Below are positions 1-9,495 of a stretch of 64,000 nt of DNA, piece after piece. The notes beneath the pieces are model-generated. The model made no database searches and was not told the DNA's origin. It saw nothing but the letters and a program-made list of their open reading frames with translations. The first letter of the stretch is position 1. Every line of letters begins with the position of its first letter. A program made the translations under genes and the position numbers. The DNA comes from an uncultured virus (IMG/VR IMGVR_UViG_3300021964_006850) (Duplodnaviria; Heunggongvirae; Uroviricota; Caudoviricetes). Location: IMG/VR virus record IMGVR_UViG_3300021964_006850; one strand, 5' to 3'.

Positions 1-405
1 TATAAAGCATTGCCAGAAGATCTCAAAGAAGAAATTAAGGATATTCAGATTACACTTGGATATAAGTCGGGTAGTTACAGTCCAAGTAAGTTCTTTATCG
101 AACATCACAGCGAAGATAAACCCTTTAACTTAGTGCATACAAATGATGCAGGATATACAGGTTTATATTTTCCGTTCTTACAAGTCTTTGGCATGAAGGG
201 TATTGAGCAAGAGCGTTATGAATCACTTATGGAAAGACTTAAAGAAGTAGTATTACGTCCAGAGTTTTGTTATGATCATCATTGGCAAGATGGTGATATT
301 GTTATTAGTGAACAGTGGTTAAGTATTCATAAACGTTGGGCATTTGATAAAATGAATGAACGTGTACTTCATAGGATAGCATTTAATTATGAAAACTTAT
401 TATAA
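1..405 (+). CDS. TauD/TfdA-family Fe(II)/2OG dioxygenase, C-terminal part (5' truncated by window edge)
   Basis: C-terminal pattern HHWQDGDIVISEQWLSIHKR...RVLHRIAF resembles the TauD W..GD....DN...H.R...R.L.R motif; frame 1 is open from base 1. Confidence 0.7.
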   Translation, partial: YKALPEDLKEEIKDIQITLGYKSGSYSPSKFFIEHHSEDKPFNLVHTNDAGYTGLYFPFLQVFGMKGIEQERYESLMERLKEVVLRPEFCYDHHWQDGDIVISEQWLSIHKRWAFDKMNERVLHRIAFNYENLL

Positions 406-958
406 ACTTTTAGAATACAGTCCAGACATGGACTTGACAGAGTTTTACAAAGAAGCCGCCGCACAGGGTTACGCAAATAATTCTAATCAAAAAATTATGA
501 TTGATGCGTTTAAGAATGAAGAACGTGCTCAGGTATGGATACTATTTAAAGAAGATAAGGCCATAGGTGCAGTTGCCGCACATACATTTCCGGAGATGGG
601 TGAAAACAGTTATCGTATATTAACAAGAACCTGTGCTGTAGGAGGCATGATGCATTCTGCAGGATCAATGGGCAAGATGAAACGTAATGAAGATGTTACA
701 TCACGTTTTTATGTACCTAAGATGATTGAATGGTGTGGTAAAGATAGTAATATGTATTGTACCACAAATGATTTAGAAGGTGGTTCACAACGAGCAGTAC
801 ACAGAGTCTGGCTACCAATTATGGCTAAGCAAGGACTGTTTACTAAAATTAAAGAAATAGATTATAGGGGTGTAGTACAAACTGTATGGAAATTAAATCC
901 AGACAACTTTTTAGAACACCTTAAAAACAATCCGTGGGAAGATCATGTTTTATTATAA
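389..958 (+). CDS. putative GNAT-fold acyltransferase-like protein
   Basis: 189 aa; VWILF..DKAIGAVAA..YRILTR beta-strand pattern reminiscent of GNAT; overlaps upstream gene. Confidence 0.35.
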   Translation: MKTYYKLLEYSPDMDLTEFYKEAAAQGYANNSNQKIMIDAFKNEERAQVWILFKEDKAIGAVAAHTFPEMGENSYRILTRTCAVGGMMHSAGSMGKMKRNEDVTSRFYVPKMIEWCGKDSNMYCTTNDLEGGSQRAVHRVWLPIMAKQGLFTKIKEIDYRGVVQTVWKLNPDNFLEHLKNNPWEDHVLL

Positions 959-1490
959 GCATATTGATATAGATAATAATATCTGTGAAGAAATAAAAGA
1001 ATGGGGTATTGTAAATATTCAAGACTGTGATACACCTTTTAAAAAACTTAATCTGCAAAAATTTAATGATGAATGCCCTTTATTTTTAGAATGGACTAAA
1101 CAAAACAATATAGAAACAGAATGGGTAGTAGGCATTAAAGTAAATGCTCGTAACGGACAAGATTCAACTAAAGTACCGCACACAGACTTGAGACCAGAAG
1201 ATAAAAATTTTGCACTTAATTTTCCTGTAGTAAATTGTGAACAAACTTATACTTGTATGTATAAATTAATTAAAGGAAAAGAAATTATAATTAATGATAC
1301 TTCTATTGCAGGCGGAGATGCTGACTATAAAGTTTTCAGTCCAGATAGCACGTTTGATGAAGTTGCTAAGTTTTATTTGACTCAACCTACATTATTCAAT
1401 ACTAACGTACCGCATCAGGTATATAACAACACCGATAAAGATCGTTTAAGTTTAAGTCTTAGATTTGAAAGTAATCCTAAAGTGGATTAA
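945..1490 (+). CDS. putative 2OG-Fe(II) oxygenase / cupin-fold protein
   Basis: HxD (PHTD), distal H (VPHQV) and RxS (RLSLSLRF) motifs. Confidence 0.6.
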   Translation: MFYYKHIDIDNNICEEIKEWGIVNIQDCDTPFKKLNLQKFNDECPLFLEWTKQNNIETEWVVGIKVNARNGQDSTKVPHTDLRPEDKNFALNFPVVNCEQTYTCMYKLIKGKEIIINDTSIAGGDADYKVFSPDSTFDEVAKFYLTQPTLFNTNVPHQVYNNTDKDRLSLSLRFESNPKVD

Positions 1491-2791
1491 ACCATAGATT
1501 CCCAAGCACTACCATTGTAGAATACTGGGTAAGGTGTTGAACCTGCTGAACTTGCTGGATCCCAATCAACCTTATTAGCAACAGCAATCATACCAATAAC
1601 TGGAGTAGTAGGTGCCGCCGCTTGTGGTTCTAATAGTGCAATACCACTTACATCAAGGGTTGCTCTTGCACTTGTTCTATTAATTGCAAGTTGACCTGCA
1701 CTGTCAAATACCATACCTTTTAGATCTGGTAAAGTGTTTGTACCTGCGTTTGTAAAGAATTCAATTGATCCTGGCGCTTGATCGTTTGCAATAGTTCCGT
1801 CTGGATCTAATCTAAAAGCAATACCTGATGATACAACTTTTGTACCGTCACCAAAGTCTGGATCAAATGCAGTTGCAATTATTTCTGCAACATAAGAACC
1901 TGCTGTACCTTTGACTTCACTACCACCAAGTGAACCATCAAGGTTTGGTAGTCCGCCATAGTAACCGTTGAATGCAATACCTGAAACTTCTCCTGAACCA
2001 CTGCCATTTAAACCTTGAATTCTAATTGCACTGTTGTTATCTTGGTTCCATATGTTTAATACTGTGTTTGTTGGTTCAGTAGGATTACTAATATTAACCA
2101 ATGCAGTTGTTGAAGTTACAGTGTCGTCTGTAATTGTAATAACACCGTTGTGTAGGTATACTCTCGAATCAAGTCCATTAACAAGCATAGTTGAATCTTC
2201 ACCAAACACAGAACCAGTAACGTCAGCACTGATACTGTTTAGTGCGCCACTTGATAAGTTAATGTCACCTGGTTTCCAATAACCATTAGCATCGTCCCAT
2301 AGTAAGTATTGTCCGTCTACCGGTGCATTGAGTTCTGTTGTTGCAACATCGCCAAAAATGTTAATGCTTTTTCCGCCAGCAGTAGCATCAAAATCAAATG
2401 ATGAAAAACTCTCATCTGCTATCACCCAACCACCTTGAGTACCGTCTGGATTATTTAGGTTAGCATCATATTTTAAAATTTTACCTGTGGCAACGCCTGT
2501 TGCGTCTACGTTGTTTAAGTCTTGAATATCTTGCACAACTTCTAATGTTTGTGCGTCCCATTGTGTACCTGTCCAAGTTAGCAATTGATTTGTTGCAGGA
2601 GCAATAGAAGTGTTTACATCAGTTAAATTACCAATGCTTAAATCTGGATTAATTATTCTGCCTGTTGCAGTTGTGCCATCACCGACATACAGTTTACCTG
2701 TATCTGTTACATATATTGGTTCACCAGTTGCAGATACACCCGTCAGTGCTTGTAATTCTGCGTCTGTTCCTCTTCTAATCCTAAGTGCCAT
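1487..2791 (-). CDS. tail fibre / virion structural protein with Mtd-like N-terminal domain
   Basis: N-terminus LRIRRGT...GEPIYVTDTGKLYVGDG; repeated L.DV...P...Q.L.W modules; G/T/S/D-rich; late-type motif upstream. Confidence 0.7.
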   Translation of the reverse strand: MALRIRRGTDAELQALTGVSATGEPIYVTDTGKLYVGDGTTATGRIINPDLSIGNLTDVNTSIAPATNQLLTWTGTQWDAQTLEVVQDIQDLNNVDATGVATGKILKYDANLNNPDGTQGGWVIADESFSSFDFDATAGGKSINIFGDVATTELNAPVDGQYLLWDDANGYWKPGDINLSSGALNSISADVTGSVFGEDSTMLVNGLDSRVYLHNGVITITDDTVTSTTALVNISNPTEPTNTVLNIWNQDNNSAIRIQGLNGSGSGEVSGIAFNGYYGGLPNLDGSLGGSEVKGTAGSYVAEIIATAFDPDFGDGTKVVSSGIAFRLDPDGTIANDQAPGSIEFFTNAGTNTLPDLKGMVFDSAGQLAINRTSARATLDVSGIALLEPQAAAPTTPVIGMIAVANKVDWDPASSAGSTPYPVFYNGSAWESMV

Positions 2792-2825
2792 ACTTGCTAA
2801 CTCCTGAAGTCTTTATTGCTATATG

Positions 2826-2833
2826 TATTTATT
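2826..2833 (-). promoter_or_regulatory. late-promoter-like motif AATAAATA
   Basis: intergenic copy of recurring ATAAATA motif upstream of the tail gene. Confidence 0.55.
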
Positions 2834-2860
2834 CTTTTTGACTTCTTTTAATATTATACA

Positions 2861-3178
2861 TTATTTACGTATTTTGGCGTTTTTAAACACCTTTTGCGTA
2901 CCTTTCTGTATATCTTCTTTTAATCTACGTGTATCGATTGCAAAGTCAACACCACCTATATCCGGCCCGTATTGATCGAATAAATCCCTGATTTCCTTCT
3001 CAAATTTCTTCTGAGAGAGAACAGGATTACATTCAATAATCCATTTTTTCCTATTCTTAAAGACGACTTCAATATGCTGAAGGTATTCAAGAGGTATAGT
3101 TTTTACTTCTATATTCTTGAATACTTCAGGCCAATGTCTGATTACGTCTTCCGGGAGTTTAAGTCTCTTGCCCCCCAT
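2861..3178 (-). CDS. hypothetical protein
   Basis: 105 aa ORF in tightly packed minus-strand run. Confidence 0.7.
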   Translation of the reverse strand: MGGKRLKLPEDVIRHWPEVFKNIEVKTIPLEYLQHIEVVFKNRKKWIIECNPVLSQKKFEKEIRDLFDQYGPDIGGVDFAIDTRRLKEDIQKGTQKVFKNAKIRK

Positions 3179-3184
3179 TCTAAG

Positions 3185-3790
3185 TTAAGCCTTGGCTTTT
3201 TTCTTAGTGGGTACAAGATCTTCTGCTTGACGTCTTAACTGCGCCGCTTCTTTGCTTAATCTATCTGCTTGTGAACGATAAGATTTAGCAAGGTCTTCAT
3301 CTGAAAGTACGTCTTCTTGAGTAGAAGCCGCTACTGGTTCATTTGAAGGTGCAGTTACAGTGTCAGTTGCAGGAACTGTTTCAGCAGTTGCTACTGGCTG
3401 TGTGTCTTCCTTAATTGCAAGATCTTCAACTGCAACACCTTTTTGATCAGCGATGATTTTGTTTAATTCATCTAACTGAATTGTTGTGTTAGTATCAGGT
3501 GTCATTAAAACATCTGATGTAGGTACTTTTTGCAATTTACCTTGTGCATGAAAACGTGCTAACATAATACTACCGTCTGACAGACGTGTACGTGCCATTG
3601 CTTCTGCTAATTCATATGCATTCTGTCCAGAATTTGAATCTACTAATTGCATAAGAATATCATGATCTGAATCAGTTAAGTTTTCAGTTGATACTACTAA
3701 TGCATTATTAGCATCACCTGGAAGAGTTCTGTATGCAACAGCAACTTTTCTTTTGTTAGTCTTCATTCTGCCAATGTGTTTAATAGCCAT
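3185..3790 (-). CDS. hypothetical protein with C-terminal coiled coil
   Basis: 201 aa; start overlaps upstream stop (TAATG). Confidence 0.75.
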   Translation of the reverse strand: MAIKHIGRMKTNKRKVAVAYRTLPGDANNALVVSTENLTDSDHDILMQLVDSNSGQNAYELAEAMARTRLSDGSIMLARFHAQGKLQKVPTSDVLMTPDTNTTIQLDELNKIIADQKGVAVEDLAIKEDTQPVATAETVPATDTVTAPSNEPVAASTQEDVLSDEDLAKSYRSQADRLSKEAAQLRRQAEDLVPTKKKAKA

Positions 3791-4116
3791 TATTTTGTCT
3801 CCGGTGTAGGCTCACCTGATAATGCCGCAGACGCATCTGCTCCACTTACCGGTGCCGCTGTTGGTGTTGCTGGTGCTTCACCTTCTTTTGCTTTTGCGGC
3901 GTCAGCCTGTTGTTTTTGAACTTGCTGTAAAAATGTATCTAACTTATTATAAGTTGTACCTACAGCCGCCAATTCGTTTGCTTTAAATGCTCCACGTTGC
4001 GTAGCAACATCAATAACAGTTCTTAGTGTGTTAAGATCCTGAACTGTCAATTCAACTGCACCGCCTTGTGCAGGTGCTTGACCTGGAGCCGGTTGTTGTG
4101 TTTTTGTATCAGACAT
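3790..4116 (-). CDS. hypothetical protein
   Basis: 108 aa; AAGGAG SD upstream; A/P/Q-rich termini. Confidence 0.75.
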   Translation of the reverse strand: MSDTKTQQPAPGQAPAQGGAVELTVQDLNTLRTVIDVATQRGAFKANELAAVGTTYNKLDTFLQQVQKQQADAAKAKEGEAPATPTAAPVSGADASAALSGEPTPETK

Positions 4117-4159
4117 ATGTCATTCTCCTTGTTTATTAGTAATATGCATACTTAATTAC

Positions 4160-4435
4160 TTATTTGTATTTTAAAAGTGGACACGCCAAAGCGAAATATG
4201 AAAGTTCCTTTGGGTTCTCAAAACCTATCTTTACCTTGGTTTGCAGACTATTATTGTTATCAAAACCAACTGATCGTCCAATATAGTACCTACTTTTACA
4301 GTTGCTTTCAATCCAAGTAATAAGTGCTTTGTCCAAATTATAGCCTTGAGACATTTCCATATACTCTAAATGAGGTCCTGGATAATCTAATTTTCGTATG
4401 CTAAAAAAGTTAAGCGGATTTGGTTTTATTTTCAT
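4160..4435 (-). CDS. hypothetical protein
   Basis: probable start MKIKPNPL overlapping the end of the VWA gene. Confidence 0.6.
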   Translation of the reverse strand: MKIKPNPLNFFSIRKLDYPGPHLEYMEMSQGYNLDKALITWIESNCKSRYYIGRSVGFDNNNSLQTKVKIGFENPKELSYFALACPLLKYK

Positions 4436-5684
4436 AGTGTGTTGTAATTCCAAATGGTGCTTCTAAATCTTTGTTATGGTGACTGTGAATTACAAAGATT
4501 GTATCACAGTAATCGGCATCACCCCAACTATCCCAAGTATAGCCATCTGTAAACATAATGAATTTCTTAGGAACAATATCATTGTCCTTCATGTATCTCC
4601 AATTAGTGTCAAAGTCAGTACCGCCACCACCTTGTACTTCATAAGATAGTAGATCATCATTTGCCGCATCAAAATCTTGCTCGTTATAAACTTCTGTATC
4701 AAAACACCAAATTTTAATTTGATAATCTTGATATTGATCCATAATGCTTTTAACTTCACTTAAGAATACTTGTGCCTGTTCGTTGCTGATCGAACCACTC
4801 ATATCAATTGCAATACATAGATCAATTGTGTCTTGAAAGTTTAGTCCTGGAAGGATAGCACCAGTGTGCCAACCTTTACGTGAAGGACGACTAAAAGTAA
4901 AATCATTTTTAATAGTTGATTGAATCTGTTGCTGAAGAAGTTCTCTCCAGTTCATTTTAGGTTCAGTCAACTCTTTAATCATACGTTGAATTTCTTTAGG
5001 AAGATTGCCAGCACCTGTTGATTGTGCAGATGACATCATAGATTCTTTAATTTCGTCACGAATCTTACGCAATTCTTCTTTGCTATATGAAGGCTTGTCA
5101 CCTTGTTTCTTTTGTTTTTTGCCGCCACCATTGCTTTGGTCGTCACCATCTTTATCCCAATCAATATGTTCGTCAAGAAGTTGACCAAGTTGTTTTAGTT
5201 CTTCTTCGTCATATTTGCTGAAGATTTCGTCATATACTTCTTCTGAAGTCCAGCCATCATATTTGAAGTCTTGGAAGATTGGAATGTCTTTAGGCTTGTC
5301 GCCAATTTTATCACGTACAAGAATATTATTTACAATGTAGTCAGCGGCAATGTTATGAACCTGCGGATCACGTTTTTCTCTACGTGTCATATGATCATAT
5401 ACGCAGTGTAGAATTTCATGTGCAATAACAAACTCAACTTCTTTGTTTGTCATGTTAGCAAAAAAAGGCACACTGTAATACAAGTGTCTGCCGTCTGTAG
5501 CGGCTGTTGGACACCAGTCTGTTGCTTCAACTACTTTTAGACGTGTAGCCATGTTGCCAAAGAAAGGATGACGCATAAGCAGACCAACACGAGCAACGAT
5601 AATTTTATCTAAAACTTCTCTACGAAGTTCATCAGTTACTTCAATTTCTGGTGTTTCTACTGCTTCTGTTGTTGCTACTGTCAT
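4410..5684 (-). CDS. DUF2201-type putative metallopeptidase + VWA domain protein
   Basis: TAATDG, HEILH (HExxH), MIDAS DMSGS, GGGTDF, FTDG motifs; adjacent to MoxR ATPase. Confidence 0.85.
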   Translation of the reverse strand: MTVATTEAVETPEIEVTDELRREVLDKIIVARVGLLMRHPFFGNMATRLKVVEATDWCPTAATDGRHLYYSVPFFANMTNKEVEFVIAHEILHCVYDHMTRREKRDPQVHNIAADYIVNNILVRDKIGDKPKDIPIFQDFKYDGWTSEEVYDEIFSKYDEEELKQLGQLLDEHIDWDKDGDDQSNGGGKKQKKQGDKPSYSKEELRKIRDEIKESMMSSAQSTGAGNLPKEIQRMIKELTEPKMNWRELLQQQIQSTIKNDFTFSRPSRKGWHTGAILPGLNFQDTIDLCIAIDMSGSISNEQAQVFLSEVKSIMDQYQDYQIKIWCFDTEVYNEQDFDAANDDLLSYEVQGGGGTDFDTNWRYMKDNDIVPKKFIMFTDGYTWDSWGDADYCDTIFVIHSHHNKDLEAPFGITTHYENKTKSA

Positions 5685-5716
5685 ACCATGTTCTCCTTGT
5701 GCCTTATTATGTTTAT

Positions 5717-5745
5717 ACTATACTATATTTAATTGAAAATGTCAA
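5717..5745 (-). promoter_or_regulatory. sigma70-type promoter TTGACA-N17-TATAGT
   Basis: read directly on minus strand upstream of the VWA gene. Confidence 0.7.
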
Positions 5746-5747
5746 CC

Positions 5748-5784
5748 AAAAAAGAATGGGTAGGACACCAAAATGCCCTACCCA
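5748..5784 (-). terminator. intrinsic terminator
   Basis: 11-bp stem TGGGTAGGGCA/TGTCCTACCCA (one G-U) followed by TTCTTTTTT immediately after the MoxR stop. Confidence 0.8.
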
Positions 5785-5789
5785 AAATG

Positions 5790-6875
5790 TTATGATGCCT
5801 GTGCGGCAGTAACATATTTCCCATAACGTTCATGGAATTCATCAAAACACTCAACTTCATCTGGATCGATTGGAAGTTCGTATTGTGTAAGAGCAAGTTT
5901 AATACCCATTACAACCAACTCAGTGTCAAAATTATCCATTGCAAAACGTAAGAAGTTATTTACTTTATCGTCAAACTTCTTATCATTTTTGTCACAGGAT
6001 TCTTTAAGTTCATAGCAGAGTGAGACAGTCAAGGAATACATGGCACTGATTTCTTTTGTCTTTAACTCTTTTACCTTACCATCCAAAATTTCCGAAGGAT
6101 TCGGAAGTTGGGACGCCATCTTACGATGGGCCATGAACTTAACAGCAAGGCCTTCGCCTACTGCACCACTAACTAAATCAGTAGTGGTATTCTCGTCATC
6201 ATCATCTTCCAAAAGTTCGGAAACAAATGACCAAGAACGCGGTGTTGCAAATGAACGACTTGGACTTTTAGGGTCAAAGTCATACAAGTCTTTCTTTGCA
6301 AATGTCAAGTAACCCACCACATCTGTGTGGATCTTGTTTTCAGTTGCCCAAGAAAACCAATCGTCAAAATCTACTTTAAGTTCTAAGTGAACAAAACGAT
6401 TAGCCAACGGAGCAGGCATTCTGTATGTAACACCTTTGTCAGCGTCACGGTTACCAGCGGCAACAATCAAAACGTTGTCTGGCAATACATATTGACCAAC
6501 CTTACGGTTAAGAATCAATTGATATGCCGCGGCTTGTACAGCCGGCGCCGCACTATTCATTTCATCAAGAAACAAAATAATCTTTTTATGTTTCTTTGCC
6601 ATTGCTGGTGTAGGCAATTCTTGTGGCGGTGCCCATTGCATTGTATTATCGTTTGAACTATAATACGGAATGCCTTTAATGTCTGTTGGATCCCATAGTG
6701 ACAAACGAATGTCAATTACCAGTGCGTCTAATTGTTCACCAATTTGATGAATGATATCAGACTTACCAATACCAGGTGCTCCCCAAATAAAGATTGGACG
6801 TTGTTTGTTAAATGCACGAAGAATGCTCTTCTTTGCATTGTTTGGACTAATAGTCCGAGTTGCGATGTTTTCCAT
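5790..6875 (-). CDS. MoxR-family AAA+ ATPase
   Basis: Walker A GAPGIGKS, Walker B LFLDE, AAGN, PAPLANRF, TPRSW; start reassigned to MENIATR after AAGGAG SD. Confidence 0.85.
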   Translation of the reverse strand: MENIATRTISPNNAKKSILRAFNKQRPIFIWGAPGIGKSDIIHQIGEQLDALVIDIRLSLWDPTDIKGIPYYSSNDNTMQWAPPQELPTPAMAKKHKKIILFLDEMNSAAPAVQAAAYQLILNRKVGQYVLPDNVLIVAAGNRDADKGVTYRMPAPLANRFVHLELKVDFDDWFSWATENKIHTDVVGYLTFAKKDLYDFDPKSPSRSFATPRSWSFVSELLEDDDDENTTTDLVSGAVGEGLAVKFMAHRKMASQLPNPSEILDGKVKELKTKEISAMYSLTVSLCYELKESCDKNDKKFDDKVNNFLRFAMDNFDTELVVMGIKLALTQYELPIDPDEVECFDEFHERYGKYVTAAQAS

Positions 6876-6925
6876 TTTGTACTCCTTGTGTTTCAGTGCC
6901 ATACTTAATTTCTAAGTATGTATAT

Positions 6926-6954
6926 ATAATACACTCACAGTACCAAAAGGTCAA
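6926..6954 (-). promoter_or_regulatory. sigma70-type promoter TTGACC-N17-TATTAT
   Basis: intergenic, A-rich upstream tract, precedes MoxR gene. Confidence 0.6.
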
Positions 6955-7006
6955 GTGTTTTTTTAATTTTTTTTTGGATTTTGGTTAAACTAAAATGTCA
7001 ATAAAA

Positions 7007-7402
7007 TCAAGGGGTTAGTTCTTCGTCGGCTCTTTTTAGTGCTTTAGTTAGGCCATATTTTTTGACATCACCACTAAAAAGATGCAGTTCGAGTGCTTTC
7101 TTTTCGTCAAGAACTATGATCATTCTGTTTGTTAGATAGTACGGGCAAGTAATAAATCTATCTAACCAAATTACTGTATTTGTTGTAAGTTCAAAGTCTG
7201 GTGGAAATGGTACTTCGTAGTATTGTAAATCTAATTTTTCTGTAACAAATGTAAAGCCAGCATCAGTTAAACGCAATCCTCCAGTATCTTTTGCTCTTGT
7301 GTTTTGCCACCATGTTGGCATATACTGTTTAATGGTTGCTTCTGTTATACTGATGTTTGCTTGTTTAAGAAATACTTTAGTGTAAGTTTCTTTCCAGTTC
7401 AC
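7007..7402 (-). CDS. hypothetical protein
   Basis: 131 aa; GTGA overlap with upstream gene. Confidence 0.7.
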   Translation of the reverse strand: MNWKETYTKVFLKQANISITEATIKQYMPTWWQNTRAKDTGGLRLTDAGFTFVTEKLDLQYYEVPFPPDFELTTNTVIWLDRFITCPYYLTNRMIIVLDEKKALELHLFSGDVKKYGLTKALKRADEELTP

Positions 7403-7827
7403 TTTACCTTGCCTTCACGTAGAAGTTTTTCTCTGTTAGCCATATGCTTCATTTGTATTTCGTCTTTGCTACCGCCAAAGTATGCAACAGCATGACCTTC
7501 GGAAACCATAATGTCTGTAAGTCTATCTTCATCAATTAAAAAGTCTCCTAAGATACGTCCAAACTTACCTTTTTTATCTTCACCGCTTTTATCTATTTCA
7601 GTTTTTAGAACTTGCATACTACCTACGGGCATAGCATCTTTAACATACTGCTTTGCCGCAAGTCCAAATTTCTTTTCTACTTTATCTCGCGTTCTTGATT
7701 CAGGGGTATCAATCCCCATCATTCTAACTCTTTCTTTCTTAAGCCATACTCCGAAACCTAAATCAATATCAACGTCTACTGTATCGCCATCGACTACACG
7801 TAAAATTTTACACTTGTATTCGTACAT
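7399..7827 (-). CDS. staphylococcal nuclease (thermonuclease) homologue
   Basis: RVVDGDT, RVRMMGIDTPE, KFGRILG motifs. Confidence 0.85.
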   Translation of the reverse strand: MYEYKCKILRVVDGDTVDVDIDLGFGVWLKKERVRMMGIDTPESRTRDKVEKKFGLAAKQYVKDAMPVGSMQVLKTEIDKSGEDKKGKFGRILGDFLIDEDRLTDIMVSEGHAVAYFGGSKDEIQMKHMANREKLLREGKVK

Positions 7828-7831
7828 CTGC

Positions 7832-8122
7832 TTATCCCTCTGTTACTATTTCGCCCTTGTCTAACTTAACAACATTAAATTCTTCTGTGTTGAATAATGT
7901 GTTTAATTTTTTAGCAAGATTGTGTGCGTGTCCTGGATTTGAAAAAGATACTTTTTTGTACTTAGGTCCAGGGAAACTTGATAGAGAATTTTGAGTTTTC
8001 AAGTTAAATGGCTTGCCTTGATAAAATACTGCCCATATTGCTTCAGCCGCAAGGATCTGATCAGACTTATAAGTCTTTTTGTCAACATACTCTAACAGTA
8101 TTTTCGGTTTAGGTCTACTCAT
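7832..8122 (-). CDS. hypothetical protein
   Basis: 96 aa; GATAAATA motif and GAGG SD upstream. Confidence 0.7.
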   Translation of the reverse strand: MSRPKPKILLEYVDKKTYKSDQILAAEAIWAVFYQGKPFNLKTQNSLSSFPGPKYKKVSFSNPGHAHNLAKKLNTLFNTEEFNVVKLDKGEIVTEG

Positions 8123-8155
8123 TATATACGTGTCCTCAATAATAAACTACGTATA

Positions 8156-8163
8156 TATTTATC
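8156..8163 (-). promoter_or_regulatory. late-promoter-like motif GATAAATA
   Basis: intergenic copy of recurring motif. Confidence 0.55.
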
Positions 8164-8781
8164 TTATTTTTCAGTAATTGTTATATTAAACGCAGTAGTT
8201 ATTCTTGGAACTACACTTTTTTGTATAGGAATACTATGGTTTAGATAAGGGGGAAAGAATATAATATCGCCTTCTTGTGCATCAGCAATTATAACTTCTT
8301 TAGGGTGCTTTGCAGGCAATCTATTTGCTATAGGGGTTGGTTGTGTGCTTCTAATACCGTCTTGTGCAGGGTTATAGAACACTGTGGGTTCATGCTCTTG
8401 CGGATCGTATTTTACGTAGTGTACGGCGCAAATTTGTATAGTACGAGGACTGGATAAATGATTGTGTATTTCTCCCCAACCGCCTTTGCCTGTAACATTG
8501 TACCAAGCATCAATACCAATGTTCCAGTCTTCGTATTCGGTATCAAACCCATAAAACTGTACAAACTCGTTTATAGGAGTTTCGTATTTAGGTAGTAATT
8601 CTTCCCAATCTAATTGTTTTGCACCTGGAAAGAAATCGCTATACACATTACAAAAATCACAATTAGGACCGTTATCTAAAAAGTCTTGTTGTACATTGTA
8701 AGTTAGAAAACGTTTTATATCTTCTTGTGCAGGAACTTTTGTTTTATAGATATCTGTTTGGAATAGTGTTTGGACCTGCAT
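8164..8781 (-). CDS. putative 2OG-Fe(II) oxygenase (TIGR02466-like)
   Basis: WYN...HNH...GDIIFFPPYLNHS...RITTAFN pattern. Confidence 0.75.
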   Translation of the reverse strand: MQVQTLFQTDIYKTKVPAQEDIKRFLTYNVQQDFLDNGPNCDFCNVYSDFFPGAKQLDWEELLPKYETPINEFVQFYGFDTEYEDWNIGIDAWYNVTGKGGWGEIHNHLSSPRTIQICAVHYVKYDPQEHEPTVFYNPAQDGIRSTQPTPIANRLPAKHPKEVIIADAQEGDIIFFPPYLNHSIPIQKSVVPRITTAFNITITEK

Positions 8782-9032
8782 TATTCTTTAAAGCCGCCGC
8801 CATCCATTTCGACGTTAACTACTTCTTGTTCTGCCTTGACAGCATTTTCCTTAACAAATTTTTCTAAATCGCCGTGTAGTCTTGCACTTACTTGTCCTAA
8901 AGTTAATGCAAGATTTTTGGCTTGTTGAATTGGTAATCTAATTTCTTTGACATTAGATGTATCAGCAGATTTTACCTGTTGAATAAAAGTTTCAATAGGT
9001 GATGTATTAATCGGCTCTTTTGTCATCTGCAT
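8781..9032 (-). CDS. hypothetical protein
   Basis: 83 aa, coupled to neighbours. Confidence 0.65.
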   Translation of the reverse strand: MQMTKEPINTSPIETFIQQVKSADTSNVKEIRLPIQQAKNLALTLGQVSARLHGDLEKFVKENAVKAEQEVVNVEMDGGGFKE

Positions 9033-9495
9033 TTGCCTTTGATAGTTCTGAACGCATTGTTAACTCGTCCTTAAAAGGACCTTTAGATGTATAGCCTTCA
9101 ATAGTAACAAGTTTAGGACAAAAACTGCGTACCCAACCTTTTTCAAATCTAATAATATAGTAACCTGCACAATACAGGCTTTTAGACTTTTTACTTTTTG
9201 TAAACAAAGGAAGTTTACGTTTTACATCATACATTGAATTGTGTGGTACACAAGATGTTTTATAACCGTGAACTTCTTTATCACCAGAAGTTACAGGTGT
9301 TGCATCTTTAATACCCCATTCGATGTCAACATCCCTTGTTAATTGTTTTTCGCTTTCGTAAAATTTTGTATGTGTGTTGCAACAATACATATATGACTTA
9401 TCTTCTTGTTTAGACAAAGTTCCTATACGTTCGCCGTCTTCTTCTACAATCCAAAATTTTCCTGCTACGATTGGGTTTGCTTTAATTTTTGTCAT
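9007..9495 (-). CDS. hypothetical protein
   Basis: 162 aa ORF in operon. Confidence 0.7.
   Translation of the reverse strand: MTKIKANPIVAGKFWIVEEDGERIGTLSKQEDKSYMYCCNTHTKFYESEKQLTRDVDIEWGIKDATPVTSGDKEVHGYKTSCVPHNSMYDVKRKLPLFTKSKKSKSLYCAGYYIIRFEKGWVRSFCPKLVTIEGYTSKGPFKDELTMRSELSKANADDKRAD

Noticed and set aside
2838..2866. Plus-strand TTGACT promoter
   Set aside because: No properly spaced -10 and no downstream plus-strand gene
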